DNA from: a virus
Taxonomy: Duplodnaviria; Heunggongvirae; Uroviricota; Caudoviricetes
IMG/VR virus record: IMGVR_UViG_3300035680_000003
Direction: 5' to 3' (one strand)
Length of the DNA: 64,000 nt
In this document: piece after piece, positions 62,628 to 64,000 of the stretch
How positions within the stretch are numbered: the stretch's first letter is position 1
Layout: every line of letters starts with the position of its first letter
Made by a program: the position numbers and the translations under genes
Notes under the pieces: model-generated
What the model was told of the DNA's origin: nothing
Databases searched by the model: none
What the model saw: only the letters and a program-made list of their open reading frames with translations

Positions 62628-63551
62628 TTACTGAAGTCTTGCCAGTTTAACCAGCGTAGCCGCTAAGTTGATTTCTGCATCTGCAATCAACGTGTGATCA
62701 ACTAGACCTTGTTTAATGACCAGTAGAGCCTGGTCTTTCTTTTCATCACTATCGCCAAACAGTTCGAGATTGTCATACATCCAGCGATAGATGTCTTCCA
62801 TCTCTTCAGGACGGGCTTTACCACAGAGCAATTTTCGTGCATCTTGGATTTTACCTTTCTTAAACAATTCGACCATAGCAATCTTATAGTCAGCCCCACC
62901 GCTATCACCTGTAGTGGGTGCAGCTAACACATTATCTTCTGTTACATTTTGTTGTACTAGGTTAATACACTTACGAAGATCTGGGTAAGCAGTTTTAACA
63001 TAGGTGTCAAGTGTGTCAAGATCAAAGTCAATATTCTCAGTTACTAAGATTGTAGCGACCCGAGCAGTGAATTCCGTTTGGTCGGTCTTCTCCACATGAA
63101 AACCCTGGCAACGACTATGCAGTGCAGGAATAATTTTATTCTTATAGTTGCAAGTTAAAATAAATCTTGCTGTATTAGAATAAGTTTCCATTAGCCCTCG
63201 CAAAATAGCCTGTGCGTTAATGGACAAATAATCAGCTTCGTCTAATAGCACAACCTTAAACGGACCAAATGGGATCATTTGTACGAAGTTTGTAATCTTA
63301 TGGCGTACATTGTCGACATCGTTATCTCGACTAGCGTTAATTTCCAATACATCAAATTCTTCAATACCTAGCTCGTTTAATAGAACTTTTGCCAATGTAG
63401 TCTTACCAATACCAGCTGCACCACTTAGCAACAAGTGCGGAATGCTACCCTCCTTGATCCATGACTCAACCTGCCGCTTTTGTGAAGCATCTCGAAATAC
63501 ATAGTCTTCAACCTTTTTAGGTCGGTACTTTTCTACCCATAGTTCTTTCAT
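62628..63551 (-). CDS. Clamp loader subunit (gp44/RFC small subunit-like)
   Basis: WVEKYRP, GAAGIGKT, LDEAD and SRC motifs. Confidence 0.93.
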   Translation of the reverse strand: MKELWVEKYRPKKVEDYVFRDASQKRQVESWIKEGSIPHLLLSGAAGIGKTTLAKVLLNELGIEEFDVLEINASRDNDVDNVRHKITNFVQMIPFGPFKVVLLDEADYLSINAQAILRGLMETYSNTARFILTCNYKNKIIPALHSRCQGFHVEKTDQTEFTARVATILVTENIDFDLDTLDTYVKTAYPDLRKCINLVQQNVTEDNVLAAPTTGDSGGADYKIAMVELFKKGKIQDARKLLCGKARPEEMEDIYRWMYDNLELFGDSDEKKDQALLVIKQGLVDHTLIADAEINLAATLVKLARLQ

Positions 63552-63643
63552 TCTTCTTTACCTTTTGCTACAACACACAATGATACTACCAACATGCCTA
63601 AATAAAAACCTATAAAAAGTCCACCTATAAATGACCAAATCAT
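63548..63643 (-). CDS. Very small membrane protein (31 aa)
   Basis: MIWSFIGGLFIGFYLGMLVVSLCVVAKGKEE; ATGA overlaps at both ends. Confidence 0.55.
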   Translation of the reverse strand: MIWSFIGGLFIGFYLGMLVVSLCVVAKGKEE

Positions 63644-63807
63644 ACCAGTTCCTCAAAAATTCCAAACACTTCTGCTAAAATAATACAAACACCAGCCATT
63701 AGCAAATTTCCCTGCATTAACCAGCAGCCTGCTCCTATGCGAATAACACTCTTTACAAGGCTGACATAAAAATGTCCCTTGCTTGTGTCTTTAGGTTGAA
63801 TTTCCAC
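63640..63807 (-). CDS. Small membrane protein (55 aa)
   Basis: GTG start, MEIQPKDTSKGHFYVSLVKS...LAEVFGIFEELV; coupled to the downstream ORF. Confidence 0.55.
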   Translation of the reverse strand: MEIQPKDTSKGHFYVSLVKSVIRIGAGCWLMQGNLLMAGVCIILAEVFGIFEELV

Positions 63808-64000
63808 GGCGAAACCATCCTTTAATTGTTTGAAAGAGATTATAAAATCTAAAATGATAATTAGTCAGTATCGGTGGATGGTTAGGACACCTGCCTTGAT
63901 TATAGTCGCATGAAGAACTATATTCTTTTTTACATAGATCACACTTCATTAATTAAATCCTTTAGTGCAGAAAAAGTTTTGTCGTCCATGCACATATCAA

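Noticed and set aside
3-63807. Alternative genetic code (stop reassignment)
   Set aside because: Known enzymes and 1600-2200 aa ORFs are full length under code 11 with no fragmentation.

Overview
This window is part of a large T4-superfamily-like (myovirus/jumbo-type) phage genome, densely coded in standard code 11, and does not look like a bacterial chromosome. Spanins, a GH19 endolysin and sigma70 promoters point to a Gram-negative host. Layout: (1) 1-11.6 kb, + strand: baseplate/tail genes including a subtilase. (2) 11.6-32 kb, mostly - strand: thyA, folA, a MoxR/VWA pair, a T4 RNase H-like nuclease, a 7-deazaguanine-type DNA modification cluster (TGT/DpdA-like, QueE, DpdL-like T-fold protein, glycosyltransferase, cupin, MazG), sliding clamp, family B polymerase and AdoMet decarboxylase. 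(3) 32-41 kb: large predicted internal-head polyproteins. They are built from modules separated by a 17-bp DNA repeat encoding Q-G-V-A-E (a prohead-protease-type cut site) and carry nucleotidyltransferase, RNA-ligase-like, HIGH-like and papain-like domains. One ends at a candidate -1 frameshift (A_AAA_AAG plus hairpin). (4) 41-53 kb: desaturase, a QueC-like cassette and long tail fibres. (5) 53-64 kb: a dnaJ-def-clpA operon, lysis cassette, phoH and clamp loader. The strongest novelty candidates are the repeat-delimited cassette polyproteins with the frameshift, and a deazaguanine pathway coupled to a cupin and a glycosyltransferase. No tRNA, CRISPR array or reverse transcriptase was seen. All family assignments come from motif reading, not database searches.
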